Below, piece after piece: positions 1-9,136 of a stretch of DNA of 64,000 nucleotides; the stretch's first letter is position 1, and each line of letters starts with the position of its first letter. The notes under the pieces were generated by a model that ran no database searches, was not told the origin of the DNA, and worked only from the letters and a program-made list of their open reading frames with translations. Origin of the DNA: Allosphingosinicella sp. Lineage in GTDB: Bacteria > Pseudomonadota > Alphaproteobacteria > Sphingomonadales > Sphingomonadaceae. Location of the stretch: positions 982-64,981 of the forward strand of contig DASXCT010000016.1 of NCBI GenBank assembly GCA_036491055.1, in the 5' to 3' direction. A program made the translations under genes and the position numbers.

Positions 1-27
1 CCGCCCCCACATGGCAGCGGTGCACTC

Positions 28-492
28 ATGGGGTGGCGGCTCGACCTCGAAATCCATGGAAAGACATGGGACAGCGGAGAGGGAGCCTATCGCGTCGGCG
101 GGCGCTGGAATGCGAAGGGGAAGCGCGCCGTCTATTGCAGCGTCGACCCGTCAACCGCGATTCTGGAGGTTGCGGTTCACAAGACCTTCAAGACCCTCGA
201 CACCGTGCCCCATGTGCTCACGTGCCTGAGAATCCTCGATCCCTCAGGCGTCCATGTCGTGCAGCCGGCCGACGTGCCGAACCCCAATTGGCTCGTGCCG
301 GGCATTCCGGGCGATGGACAACAGAAATTCGGCAATCAACTGCTGGCCGATCATCCGTTCGTCCTGATCCCGAGCGCCGTTTCGTCGCGCAGCTGGAATC
401 TCATTTTCGACAGCGTGAAAGCCTCCGGAGCATATGAGTTGGTAAGCCAGGAGCGGTTCGCTCTCGATACGAGGCTCCATCCCCCTTCATGA
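28..492 (+). CDS. RES-domain protein (toxin of RES-Xre type TA system); reading frame is open back to position 1, so probably 5'-truncated by the window
   Basis: WDSGEGA..GGRWN..G..AVYCS.DPSTAILEVAVH and LIPSAVS..SWNLIFD motifs typical of RES domains. Confidence 0.85.
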   Translation: MGWRLDLEIHGKTWDSGEGAYRVGGRWNAKGKRAVYCSVDPSTAILEVAVHKTFKTLDTVPHVLTCLRILDPSGVHVVQPADVPNPNWLVPGIPGDGQQKFGNQLLADHPFVLIPSAVSSRSWNLIFDSVKASGAYELVSQERFALDTRLHPPS

Positions 493-572
493 GTGTCCAA
501 AATGCCGGATCGATCGACAGCGGGTCGAGCGAACCATGACCCAACATCCGGCGCGCGGGTGCCAGCATCCTG

Positions 573-3500
573 CTATGGTCCCATCGCGGTCTCCCGCCCC
601 AGCACCCGCGTCGGGACGCCCTGGTAGCGCAGGCCCGGCAGCAGATGCTCGTGCTTCATCACGACGCTGTGGGGGCCGACATGGGCGGCTTCGCCGATCG
701 CGGCGCCGTAGAGGGGGATTGTGGCGGACGCGACGGTGGCGCGGGGGCCGATGGTGACCTTGCCGATCTTGAGGACGCGGTCTTCGAACGTGTGGGCCTG
801 GAACATCGCGCTCACCGTCGCGCCGGCGCCGATCTCGATCATGTCCGGGTCCACCACCTGCGCGAATTCGGGGCCGAGGATCGCGCCGCGGCCGATTTTC
901 ACGCCCATCAGGCGCAGATAGGCCGTGAGCAGGAACGTGCCTTCGAGTTGCTGGAGCGTCAGCGCGGCGAAGCGGGCCCAGGCGACGAACAGGAAATCCC
1001 AGCGGCTGCACCAGCAGGACCAGAGCGGGTGCTGGCCCGGCCTGACGCGGCCGATCAGCCCCCATTTGAGCAGGAGGACGAGGAGGCAGAGCGCCGCGAT
1101 CGGCGCCAGGGTCGCGGCCGGAAGGACGAGGAAGGCGAAGGCGGCGGGACTTGCGGCGCGGTTCCCGGCCGCGACGATCCCGTACCAGCAGGCGGTCAGC
1201 AGCAAGGGCGGCACCGGCAGGACGAACCTTAGCGACTCCCAGAAGACGCGGTTGGCGAAGCGGATCGGCGAGGGATCGTGGGTGAGCCTGCGGTCCGCCT
1301 CCACCAGCTCGCGGCGGGGCAGGTCGAAGCTTGGATGGCCGAAGCGGCTGTGGCCGGCGGCGATCTGGCGGGAATCGGCGACGGTCGCGACCCCGATCAA
1401 GATGTCGTCGGGAAGCCGCTCGCCGGGCGGGATCACGACATGGTTGCCGAGGAACGTATTGCGGCCGAGCGATACCGGCGCCAGTGCCGCCACGCCGTTC
1501 GTCACCACCGGCCCGCCGAGGTAGATGCCGTCGGCGAAGAAGGTCTCGCCGCCGATCGCCACCAGCTCCGGAACGACGTCGACGATCGTGCTGATCTCGC
1601 TCCTGGCGCCGATCCGCATGCCGGCGAGCCGCAGCCAGAGCGGCCAGAACAGGGTGCCGCTCAGCCAGCGTCCGGCGGAGGCGAGGATGCCGGTCTTCAG
1701 CCAGATGCGGATGTAGGCGAGGCTCCAGCGGCCGACCGCCCCTTCGCGCACCGGGCCCAGGGCGCGCAGGATCAGGGCCTCGGCGGCGAGGGTGAGCGGC
1801 ACGCCGGCGATCGTGAGGCCGGTCAGGATCGCGATCGTGCCGAGGTCGAAGCTCGGGGCATAGAGCCAGCGCCAGAGCGCGGCCATGTCGATCCCGTAGA
1901 GGCGGCACAAAGCGAGGGTGAGGAGCTGGGCGGGGACGAGGACCAACCAGGCCGCGGCGCCCTCGGCGATCATGGTCAAGAGGCCGTGCAGCCACGGCGC
2001 GAGCGCGCGGGCGGTGGGGCGCGGCGGCGGCGCGGCGGCGAGGCCGGCGGGCGCGGCGGGGACGCCGTCCCAGCGCTCGCCGTCGGGGATCTCGGCGCCG
2101 GAATCGAGGACGGACAAAGCGGCGAGTACGCTGCCCGCGCCGAGCCGGCAATGGCCCTGCACCGCGGCGCGGACGCGCAGGGCCGCGCCGGCGCCGATCG
2201 TCACCGGGCCGACCACGATGTCGCCGCGATCGAGCTCGACCAGGCCGATTTGGGCGTCCTGGCCGATCGAGGCATCGTCGCCGATGTCGAGCAGGTCCCA
2301 GCCGCCGCGGCCGAGCGCGACGCCGCGATGGATGTGGACTCGATGGCCCACTTTGGCGCCGAGCATCCGCAGCACCGCCGCCTGGGCGCCGGTGCCGGCG
2401 ATCAGTGCCCAGGGGATGAGCCGCGCCACCTGCACGACCACCCAATGGCGGATGTAGAAGAGGCTGCCGACCGGCGCGCGCATGGGGCGGTAGCGGCCGA
2501 CGACCAGCCGCTTCACCAGCCAGGCGAAGGCGACCGACGCGGGCAGATAGAGCGCGGCCCCGGCCATGGCGAGCAAGGGGAGAGCGAAGATCGCGCCGGC
2601 GACGCCGAGCGCGTCGAACAGAGGGGGGAGCAATTTGAACGCGGCGAGCCAGGCGATCCAGGCGGCGATCAGCAATTGCGCGGCGAGGCAGGCGAGCTGG
2701 ACGATCGCGGTGAGGATTGGTCGGGGGCGGCCTTCGCGGTGCAGGATTGGCGCGGGGATGCCGGCGGCGTCGGAGCGGGCCATGCCGAGCTCGGCCAGCC
2801 GGCGGACGTTGCGCGCGTCGTAAATGTCGCTGACGGTGATCCAGTCGGTCGCGGATTGCTCGCGGAGCAGGGTGACGAGCATCGCCGCACTGAGGGAATC
2901 GCCGCCCAGATCCTCGAAGAAATCGTCCTCGACCGAGATTCCGTCGGGGCGCTTCAATATGTCGGCCATCGCCTCGCCGAGCCGGCGCTCGAGCGGGGTG
3001 GCGGGGGCGGCGGATCGGCGGGCGGGCTCGGGGGCGGGGGCGTCGAGCCGGGGCAGAGCGGCGCGGTCGAGCTTGCCGCCGACGCTGGTCGGGAGGGCGC
3101 CCAGCGTGCCGATCCGGCGCGGCACCATGTGGCGGGGGAGGGTGGCGGCGAGGGCGGCCTTCAGCGCCTCGGCCTCGGGCGGCGCATCGGGGTCGTCGGG
3201 GACGATCCAGGCGACCAGCTCGGGCGCGCCGTCTTCCTGCAGCCGGGCGGCGGCGGCGCGGATTCCGGGGAGGGCGGCGAGCCGCGCCTCGATCTCGGCA
3301 AGCTCGACGCGGTGGCCGCGGATCTTCACCTGGGCGTCGATGCGGCCGTGATAATGATAGTCGCCCGCGGCGTCGCGGCGGACGAGGTCGCCGGTCCGGT
3401 AGAGGCGGCCGAGCGTGGGATGGTCGACGAATTTCTCGGCGGTGATTTCGGGGCGGTGGCGATAGAAGCGGGCGAGGCCCGCGCCGCCGATGCAGAGCTC

Positions 3501-4589
3501 GCCGCGGCCGCCGTCGGGCACCAAGGCGAGGTTGGCGTCGAGCACCCAGGCATTCATGCCCGGCACCGGCTTGCCGATCGTGATCGGTTCGCCGGCGCGG
3601 ATTTCGGCGCGGAGGCACGTGACCGAGCATTCGGTTGGGCCGTAGCCGTTGACCAGCCGCCGCCCCACCGACCAGGCGTCGGCGATGTCGGACGGCAGCG
3701 CCTCGCCGCCGACATAGAGCAAGCGGAGGTCGGGGAGCGCCTCGGCCGGATTGCTGCAGCCCGTGCTGCGCAGCAAAGTCGGCGGCGGGCAGAAGATGGT
3801 GGCGCGCTCGCGCTGGAGCCAGGGGATCAGGTCCGGGCCGAGGCGCGCTGTCGCATCGTCCATGACGAGCAGGATCGCGCCGGCCGAGAAAGCGAGCCAG
3901 GTCTCTTCGAGGAAGCTGTCATAGGCGGCGGACGAACCCTGGACGGTGCGGTCGGCTTGGGTGATTCGGAATTCGTCGAGATCGGAGCGGATGAGGTTGG
4001 CGATGCCGCCATGCTCGATCATCACACCCTTGGGCCGGCCGGTCGTGCCCGACGTGTAGATGACGTAGGCGAGGCGGTTGGGGCCGATGTCGCGGGGGAG
4101 CGGGCGTTCGGGTGGGGTGCGTTCGAGCAGGATCGCGGGGTCGAGCAGGGGGCAGGATTCTTCGGCGAGCGGGCGCAGGCGGGCGCGGCCGGGATCGTCG
4201 GCGAGGACGATCGGCGGCTCGGCATCGGCGATGATCTCGCGGATGCGTTCGTCGGGGAAAGCGGGGTCGAGGCTGGTGAAGGCGCCGCCCGCCTTCAGTA
4301 CCGCGATCTGGGCGACGTGCAGCAGAGGCGAGGTGCGTGGGAGGAGCAGGGGGACGATCGCTTCGGGCGCGAGGAAGGGCAGGAGGTGGCGGGCGAGGCA
4401 ATCGGAGAGGGTGCCGAGTTGGGCGTAGCTCAGGGTTTGGCGTTCGGGGCGGTTTCGGCCTGGGGGGATTTCGATGGCGGTTGAATCGGGGGCGCGGCGG
4501 GCGGGGCCGGTCAGGAAATCGTGCAGCAGGACGGGGGCGCTCAGGCGCGCGTGCCCGGCATGCTGGTCCTGCGGATCGTCCCTCCCCAT
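573..4589 (-). CDS. Pls/PosA-family single-module membrane NRPS (A domain, T domain, transmembrane/left-handed beta-helix C-terminal repeats); poly-amino-acid synthetase-like
   Basis: A-domain motifs YVIYTSGTTGRPKG, YGPTE, YRTGDL, QVKIRGHRVEL; T domain FFEDLGGDSL; three TM plus hexapeptide blocks (GAKVGHRVHI, GMRIGARSEI, GVKIGRGAIL) ending FQAHTFEDRVLK. Confidence 0.9.
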   Translation of the reverse strand: MGRDDPQDQHAGHARLSAPVLLHDFLTGPARRAPDSTAIEIPPGRNRPERQTLSYAQLGTLSDCLARHLLPFLAPEAIVPLLLPRTSPLLHVAQIAVLKAGGAFTSLDPAFPDERIREIIADAEPPIVLADDPGRARLRPLAEESCPLLDPAILLERTPPERPLPRDIGPNRLAYVIYTSGTTGRPKGVMIEHGGIANLIRSDLDEFRITQADRTVQGSSAAYDSFLEETWLAFSAGAILLVMDDATARLGPDLIPWLQRERATIFCPPPTLLRSTGCSNPAEALPDLRLLYVGGEALPSDIADAWSVGRRLVNGYGPTECSVTCLRAEIRAGEPITIGKPVPGMNAWVLDANLALVPDGGRGELCIGGAGLARFYRHRPEITAEKFVDHPTLGRLYRTGDLVRRDAAGDYHYHGRIDAQVKIRGHRVELAEIEARLAALPGIRAAAARLQEDGAPELVAWIVPDDPDAPPEAEALKAALAATLPRHMVPRRIGTLGALPTSVGGKLDRAALPRLDAPAPEPARRSAAPATPLERRLGEAMADILKRPDGISVEDDFFEDLGGDSLSAAMLVTLLREQSATDWITVSDIYDARNVRRLAELGMARSDAAGIPAPILHREGRPRPILTAIVQLACLAAQLLIAAWIAWLAAFKLLPPLFDALGVAGAIFALPLLAMAGAALYLPASVAFAWLVKRLVVGRYRPMRAPVGSLFYIRHWVVVQVARLIPWALIAGTGAQAAVLRMLGAKVGHRVHIHRGVALGRGGWDLLDIGDDASIGQDAQIGLVELDRGDIVVGPVTIGAGAALRVRAAVQGHCRLGAGSVLAALSVLDSGAEIPDGERWDGVPAAPAGLAAAPPPRPTARALAPWLHGLLTMIAEGAAAWLVLVPAQLLTLALCRLYGIDMAALWRWLYAPSFDLGTIAILTGLTIAGVPLTLAAEALILRALGPVREGAVGRWSLAYIRIWLKTGILASAGRWLSGTLFWPLWLRLAGMRIGARSEISTIVDVVPELVAIGGETFFADGIYLGGPVVTNGVAALAPVSLGRNTFLGNHVVIPPGERLPDDILIGVATVADSRQIAAGHSRFGHPSFDLPRRELVEADRRLTHDPSPIRFANRVFWESLRFVLPVPPLLLTACWYGIVAAGNRAASPAAFAFLVLPAATLAPIAALCLLVLLLKWGLIGRVRPGQHPLWSCWCSRWDFLFVAWARFAALTLQQLEGTFLLTAYLRLMGVKIGRGAILGPEFAQVVDPDMIEIGAGATVSAMFQAHTFEDRVLKIGKVTIGPRATVASATIPLYGAAIGEAAHVGPHSVVMKHEHLLPGLRYQGVPTRVLGRETAMGP

Positions 4590-4711
4590 GGGACTCTCCT
4601 AGCGCTGGCGTGGGGGGCGTCAACGCGGGGCGCGGGGGTGGGGCGGGCGTGGTTTCTGGTTCGCGAAGGCGCGAAGGGGCCGCGGGGGTGGCATGGCGGC
4701 AGTGCATCTTT

Positions 4712-4761
4712 ATCCGCCCCGGGACGGGGAGGGGGACCACCCGCAGGGTGGTGGAGGGGGG
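4712..4761 (-). repeat. REP-like palindromic element, family A
   Basis: Reverse complement of CCCCCTCCACC-hairpin-GGTCCCCCTCCCC...GGGG unit. Confidence 0.8.
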
Positions 4762-4834
4762 TCGTGCAGAGGCGCAGGTCCCTTCATCGCACTGGGAGCG
4801 GGCGCGGGAAGTGCGGTGGAGGGAGGCTCGGTGC

Positions 4835-4894
4835 GGGTCTCCGGACCCCCTCCACCGCCGTTCCGGCGGTCCCCCTCCCCGCGAGCGGGGAGGA
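4835..4894 (+). repeat. REP-like element family A, identical over 60 bp to 5547-5606
   Basis: gggtctccggaccccctccaccgccgttccggcggtccccctccccgcgagcggggagga at both sites. Confidence 0.9.
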
Positions 4895-4943
4895 ATGTTT
4901 GGGCCGGTTCTTTCTTTGAAAGGCGCGCGATGTCCGAGCGGGG

Positions 4944-5459
4944 TCAGTCGGGCTTGGGTGGATCGGGCCGGGGCGATATCCAGGTGATCAGGTCCCATTC
5001 GTTGCGGATCGCCAAAAGCAGGCTGGCGGTGATCACGGCCGCCAGGCCGAAATCGGCCAATCGCCAATCCCGCCATATCGCCACGCCGGCCAGGCCGAGC
5101 GCCAGATACAGCGCGCTTGGGATCAGGCCGTAATACCAGATGTCGGTCCAGTGAATCTCATCGCCCAGCCGCCTGATCCCCGCGACCGAGATGAGGCCGC
5201 GCACCAGGCCCCACAGCGCCACCCCGACCGCGATCGCCGCGAAGGATATGCGGCCGATGCCCGGCGCCAGGGCGGCGGCGCTCAGCGCCAGGATGAAGCT
5301 GACGTTCAGGACGATCGGGCCCATGTACAGTCTCGATCCGGCGAGCACGCTCTCCCGCGAACGGCCGTGCATCAGGGTGATCACGACGAAGATCAGCCCG
5401 ATGAGCACCGCGGCCGCCGAGCCTGCCATCAGGAAGAAGTCGTTCCATCCCTCGAACAT
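4944..5459 (-). CDS. Small integral membrane protein
   Basis: C-terminal 171 aa of ORF 4944..7619 starting MFEGWNDFFLMAGSAAAVLIGLIFV; several hydrophobic helices. Confidence 0.75.
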   Translation of the reverse strand: MFEGWNDFFLMAGSAAAVLIGLIFVVITLMHGRSRESVLAGSRLYMGPIVLNVSFILALSAAALAPGIGRISFAAIAVGVALWGLVRGLISVAGIRRLGDEIHWTDIWYYGLIPSALYLALGLAGVAIWRDWRLADFGLAAVITASLLLAIRNEWDLITWISPRPDPPKPD

Positions 5460-5467
5460 GGCCGGGC

Positions 5468-6955
5468 TTATACCGATGGCGTTTCCGCGTGAAAACGGGG
5501 GGCGACGATTGTCGAGGGGCCGGCATGGTCCCGGCGGGGTTCGTGTGGGTCTCCGGACCCCCTCCACCGCCGTTCCGGCGGTCCCCCTCCCCGCGAGCGG
5601 GGAGGATGATGGCGCGTCGAATTCCAGCCGGTCCCGGGGGCCGGTCGCGCCGTAGCCCGTGTCCCTGTAACCGCGAGGATCAAGATCCGGGGGGCGGGAG
5701 TCTCGCGGGCGGTTTCCGTGGATTCCGGGTTGCGTCCGGAATGAGGGAAGGGCGCCCCGCTCGGCGCGCGGGCGATCGAGCTTCGTGAGGGGCCTTCCAG
5801 GCGGTCGCGGAGGCGCAGGAAGGGGCGCTCGACCGTCCAGTAGAGCAAAGCGCCGAGCGCCAGCGCTGCCGCGACGGCGAGGGCGAGGCGCGGGTAGCCG
5901 GCGAGGCCGGCGCGCGGGGTGAGGGTGGCGACGACGGCGTGATAGGCGATCTTTTGGCTGAGATAGAGGCTGTAGGCCGCGGTCGCGAGCGCCGCGGCGC
6001 CGGGGATTGGGAAGCGGCCGAGCAGCGCCCGGTCGGTGCTGGCGGCGGCGACGACGAGGGCGATCGCGCCGGAGAGCAGGGGAAAGCCGAGAGTGGCTGC
6101 CGGGAGATGCGCGATCTGGCCGTGGAAGAGGAGGATGGCGGCGCCGATGCCGGCAAGGCCGCAGGCGAGCAGCAGGTTCGGCCGCGCCACCAGCCGCGCC
6201 CAGGCGGCCGGCCGGTAGATTTTCAGCGCGGCCGCGGCGATGCCGGCGAGGAGGCCGTCGAGCCGGCTCCAGGTCGGGTAATAGATGAAGGCCATATAGG
6301 CGCCTCCATCGGGGTCGGCCGAGGGATCGAAGGCGGGTTGGGCGACGTAGCGCAGCCAGAGCCAGCTCCGGATCGCGACCCCGAACAGCAGGACGAAGGC
6401 CAGGATTGCGCCGGTCCGCCGCGCCGACGGGCGCCAGGCGAGCAAGGCGACGACGGCGGGGAAGACCAGGTAGAATTGCTCCTCCACGCAGAGCGACCAG
6501 ATATGGGAGAAGGCCTTGGGCGCGGTCGGTTCGAACAGCAAATTCTCGGTGAAGGTCGCGAACTGCCAGGCGGGCTGCATGTCCGGCCATTCGCGCGCGG
6601 CCGGGACGAGCAGATAGACGGCGAGGATCGCGGCATAAGCGGGCAAAGTGCGCAGCAGCCGGCGTGCGAAGAAGCGCTTGTAATCGGGCCGCGCGCCTTC
6701 GGCCCAGGGCCTGAGGAGCTGGCTCGCGATCAGGAAGCCGCTGAGGACGAAGAAGAGGTCGACGCCCATCCAGCCGAACATGATGAACCAATGATCCGGG
6801 TCCGGCACCAGATCGAGCGTCATCGCATGGTAGAGCATCACCCAGGCGATCGCCGCCGCGCGCACGATGTCGAGCCCGTGCCGCCGCGGGGCGCGTGGGC
6901 GCGGGGCGGGTGCGTCGGTGGGCGTGGCGGTGCGGAGCGGAGACAGGAGGTTCAC
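5468..6955 (-). CDS. Acyltransferase family 3 (OafA/YrhL-like O-acyltransferase) with a long non-homologous C-terminal read-through
   Basis: GLDIVRAAAIAWVMLYH, GVDLFFVLSGFLI, FSHIWSLCVEEQFY, AYSLYL, VERPFLRLR motifs. Confidence 0.9.
   Translation of the reverse strand: MNLLSPLRTATPTDAPAPRPRAPRRHGLDIVRAAAIAWVMLYHAMTLDLVPDPDHWFIMFGWMGVDLFFVLSGFLIASQLLRPWAEGARPDYKRFFARRLLRTLPAYAAILAVYLLVPAAREWPDMQPAWQFATFTENLLFEPTAPKAFSHIWSLCVEEQFYLVFPAVVALLAWRPSARRTGAILAFVLLFGVAIRSWLWLRYVAQPAFDPSADPDGGAYMAFIYYPTWSRLDGLLAGIAAAALKIYRPAAWARLVARPNLLLACGLAGIGAAILLFHGQIAHLPAATLGFPLLSGAIALVVAAASTDRALLGRFPIPGAAALATAAYSLYLSQKIAYHAVVATLTPRAGLAGYPRLALAVAAALALGALLYWTVERPFLRLRDRLEGPSRSSIARAPSGAPFPHSGRNPESTETARETPAPRILILAVTGTRATARPAPGTGWNSTRHHPPRSRGGGPPERRWRGSGDPHEPRRDHAGPSTIVAPRFHAETPSV
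5547..5606 (+). repeat. REP-like element family A, identical to 4835-4894
   Basis: Direct sequence comparison. Confidence 0.9.
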
Positions 6956-7005
6956 CGGCTGAAGCTAGAAAAAGCGGGGCCGGCGGGGAAGGGCAGGATT
7001 TTGGG

Positions 7006-7152
7006 TTCGCGCAGAGACGCAGAGACGCAGAGAGGCCGAGGCAATGGCGACGACATGGCGAGCCCGGCCAAGCCGGCATCTGAATCGGCTTCGCCGGACG
7101 GGCTGATGCCGATGTCATGAAACCGCGGCCTCTCTGCGTCTCTGCGCGAACC
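7006..7152. repeat. About 150-bp MITE-like element, family B, with GCAGAGACG-repeat terminal inverted repeats
   Basis: gttcgcgcagagacgcagagacgcagag ... ctctctgcgtctctgcgcgaac; core shared with 8726-8880. Confidence 0.8.
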
Positions 7153-7189
7153 ATTTCCTTTCTTAACGCCGAATCCGGCGCCTTGGGGC

Positions 7190-8605
7190 TCAGCGTGTCG
7201 TCGTAGCGATCGCCTCGACCAGGCCCGGCACCCAATGGTCGCCGTCGCGCAGCTTGAAGCCGGCGCGATAGCCCCAGGCGCAGCTCTGGATGCCGATCGA
7301 GGCGAAGGCGCTGCTGATCGCGTGATAATAGCGGATGCGCTGCTCCACGGGCACGCGCGGATCGTCCTGCGCGCCATATTCGCCAAGGATGGGGACGCGG
7401 CCGGTGCGTGCCATGTAATCTCGCACGGTTTGAAGGCCCCGGTCGAGCTCGGCCTTGTCGGCCGCCGAGCCGTAGGCGCGGCCGATCGGCGGCGGATGGG
7501 ATCCGGTCCAGGTCGCCCCCTGGTGGGTGAAGGCCATCGGATCGTAATAATGGAAGGTCGGGACGACATAGGGATCGTCGGGCATCGGCAGGGTAGCGAG
7601 GGAGCCGATTCCGCTCCAATTCTCGCCGCCGACCAGCACCGGCCGCGTCCGGTTGGTGGCGCGGATGGCGGCGAGCGCGGGGGTGAAGACGGCCATCAGA
7701 TTGGCGTTGGTGAATTTGTCGTGCGGTTCGTTGTCGAGCTCGAACCAGAGGCTGGCGGGGGCGTGGGCGAAGCTGGACGCGATCTGGCGCCAGAGGCCCG
7801 CGAAGCGCGCCGCATTGGCTTCCGGCGCGGCATCCAGCCCGTCATAATGGTGGATGTTGAGGATGACGTTGAGCCCAGACGCGGTTGCGAGGCCGACGAC
7901 ATGGTGGACGCGGGCGAGGAAGGCGGGGGCGATCGCATAAGGCGCCGTCTCGCCGGCATGGGCGGACCAGCGCACCGGGATCCGCACCGTCCGGAAGCCC
8001 GCCGCGCGGATGATGCGGAAATCGTCGTCGGTTATGCGCGGAGCCCAATCGCCTTCCGTAGGCGCCTCGAGCGCGTCGGAGACGTTGATGCATTTGCCGA
8101 CAGCCAGGGCCGGGCCGATCCGCGCCCGCGCCGCCGGCCCCGGCGTGTAGGCGAAGCCCGGGGCCATCGGCATCGACCAGTCGACCGGGGGAGGCGGCGG
8201 CAGCACGCCGCGAACGAAGCGCATCGGCACCGCGCCCTGGGGCGCGGCAAAGGCGCCGACATAGGCGTGTTGGGCCGGGTCCCACGTTCCGGCATAATGG
8301 GCCTTGGCCTGCGGCACGTCGAAGGCGAGCCGGCCGGCGTCGGCCGTCACGTTGGCGAGCGGAACGCCGATGCCGCCCTGGTCGGGAGAATCGACCGTCC
8401 CGGCAAGGGCACCGCCTTCGCGGCGGAAATGAAGCGCGATGCGCATGCCGCCGGTTGCGATGTCCGGGCCGTCATACCAGTCGCCCTGCGGATCGGGCGC
8501 GGCGGTGGGCGTGTCTTGGGCCGGGGCGGCGGCGGGCGATGCGGCGAGGCCGGCGAGGGTTGCAATCAATCCGAAAGCCACGGCGCCGTTGCGCATTCGC
8601 CTCAT
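7190..8605 (-). CDS. Secreted glycoside hydrolase family 5 with an extra N-terminal domain
   Basis: Signal peptide; GFRTVRIPVRW, FELDNEPH (acid/base), PTFHYYDP, ILGEYGA (nucleophile). Confidence 0.9.
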   Translation of the reverse strand: MRRMRNGAVAFGLIATLAGLAASPAAAPAQDTPTAAPDPQGDWYDGPDIATGGMRIALHFRREGGALAGTVDSPDQGGIGVPLANVTADAGRLAFDVPQAKAHYAGTWDPAQHAYVGAFAAPQGAVPMRFVRGVLPPPPPVDWSMPMAPGFAYTPGPAARARIGPALAVGKCINVSDALEAPTEGDWAPRITDDDFRIIRAAGFRTVRIPVRWSAHAGETAPYAIAPAFLARVHHVVGLATASGLNVILNIHHYDGLDAAPEANAARFAGLWRQIASSFAHAPASLWFELDNEPHDKFTNANLMAVFTPALAAIRATNRTRPVLVGGENWSGIGSLATLPMPDDPYVVPTFHYYDPMAFTHQGATWTGSHPPPIGRAYGSAADKAELDRGLQTVRDYMARTGRVPILGEYGAQDDPRVPVEQRIRYYHAISSAFASIGIQSCAWGYRAGFKLRDGDHWVPGLVEAIATTTR

Positions 8606-8725
8606 CCTCCCTCATCGCCGGCACGCGGCGGTCCTCACACATTCTGTGTTGTCGATATAATACACCGGTGCCGGATCGAATCAATGCGCTGTTCTCGCGC
8701 GCCGCGGACGGTCACTGACACGTTT

Positions 8726-8880
8726 TGGTTCGCGCAGAGACGCAGAGACGCAGAGAGGCCTGGGCAGTAATGACGGCATCACGAGCCCGGCGAAGCCGGC
8801 ATTTGAATGGCTTCGCCGGATGCGCGCTTCGTCATCACATGAGACACGGATCCTCTGCGCCTCTGCGTCTCTGCGCGAAA
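8726..8880. repeat. MITE-like element family B, second copy
   Basis: Same terminal inverted repeats and core gagcccggc.aagccggcat.tgaat.gcttcgccgga as 7006-7152. Confidence 0.8.
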
Positions 8881-8944
8881 TATCCTTCTTGTACTTCTTT
8901 GGTGGCTCTCCGCGATCGTCTATAAATCCGTGTAATTGAATTAG

Positions 8945-9020
8945 GTATTGTGTCCCCACGACTACCATAATCCATGTAATCGGTATTGCGTCCCCACGAC
9001 TAATTGCGTCCCCATGACTA
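8945..9020 (+). repeat. Three short direct repeats (GT)ATTGYGTCCCCAYGACTA
   Basis: Copies at 8945-8964, 8983-9002, 9003-9020. Confidence 0.75.
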
Positions 9021-9037
9021 AGCTTTCGCGGCTCTCA

Positions 9038-9086
9038 CCCCCCTCCACCATGCTTCGCATGGTCCCCCTCCCCGTCCCGGGGAGGA
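9038..9086 (+). repeat. REP-like element family A
   Basis: ccccctccaccatgcttcgcatggtccccctccccgtcccggggagga. Confidence 0.85.
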
Positions 9087-9136
9087 GACGAGCCGCGGGG
9101 AGCGGGCTGGTGTCCCCATGATTAGAGTCGCGTCCC

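Noticed and set aside
487-4484. Very long alternative-frame ORFs (487..3630, 1278..4484); likewise 14770..17550, 19315..21252, 26029..28407, 42771..44972, 58277..60904
   Set aside because: Arg/Pro/Gly-rich shadow frames of real genes, expected in high-GC DNA; no recognisable motifs.
8945-9020. Repeat-spacer-repeat resembling a mini CRISPR array
   Set aside because: Repeats are only 18-20 bp, spacers 18 and 0 bp, and no cas genes are present.
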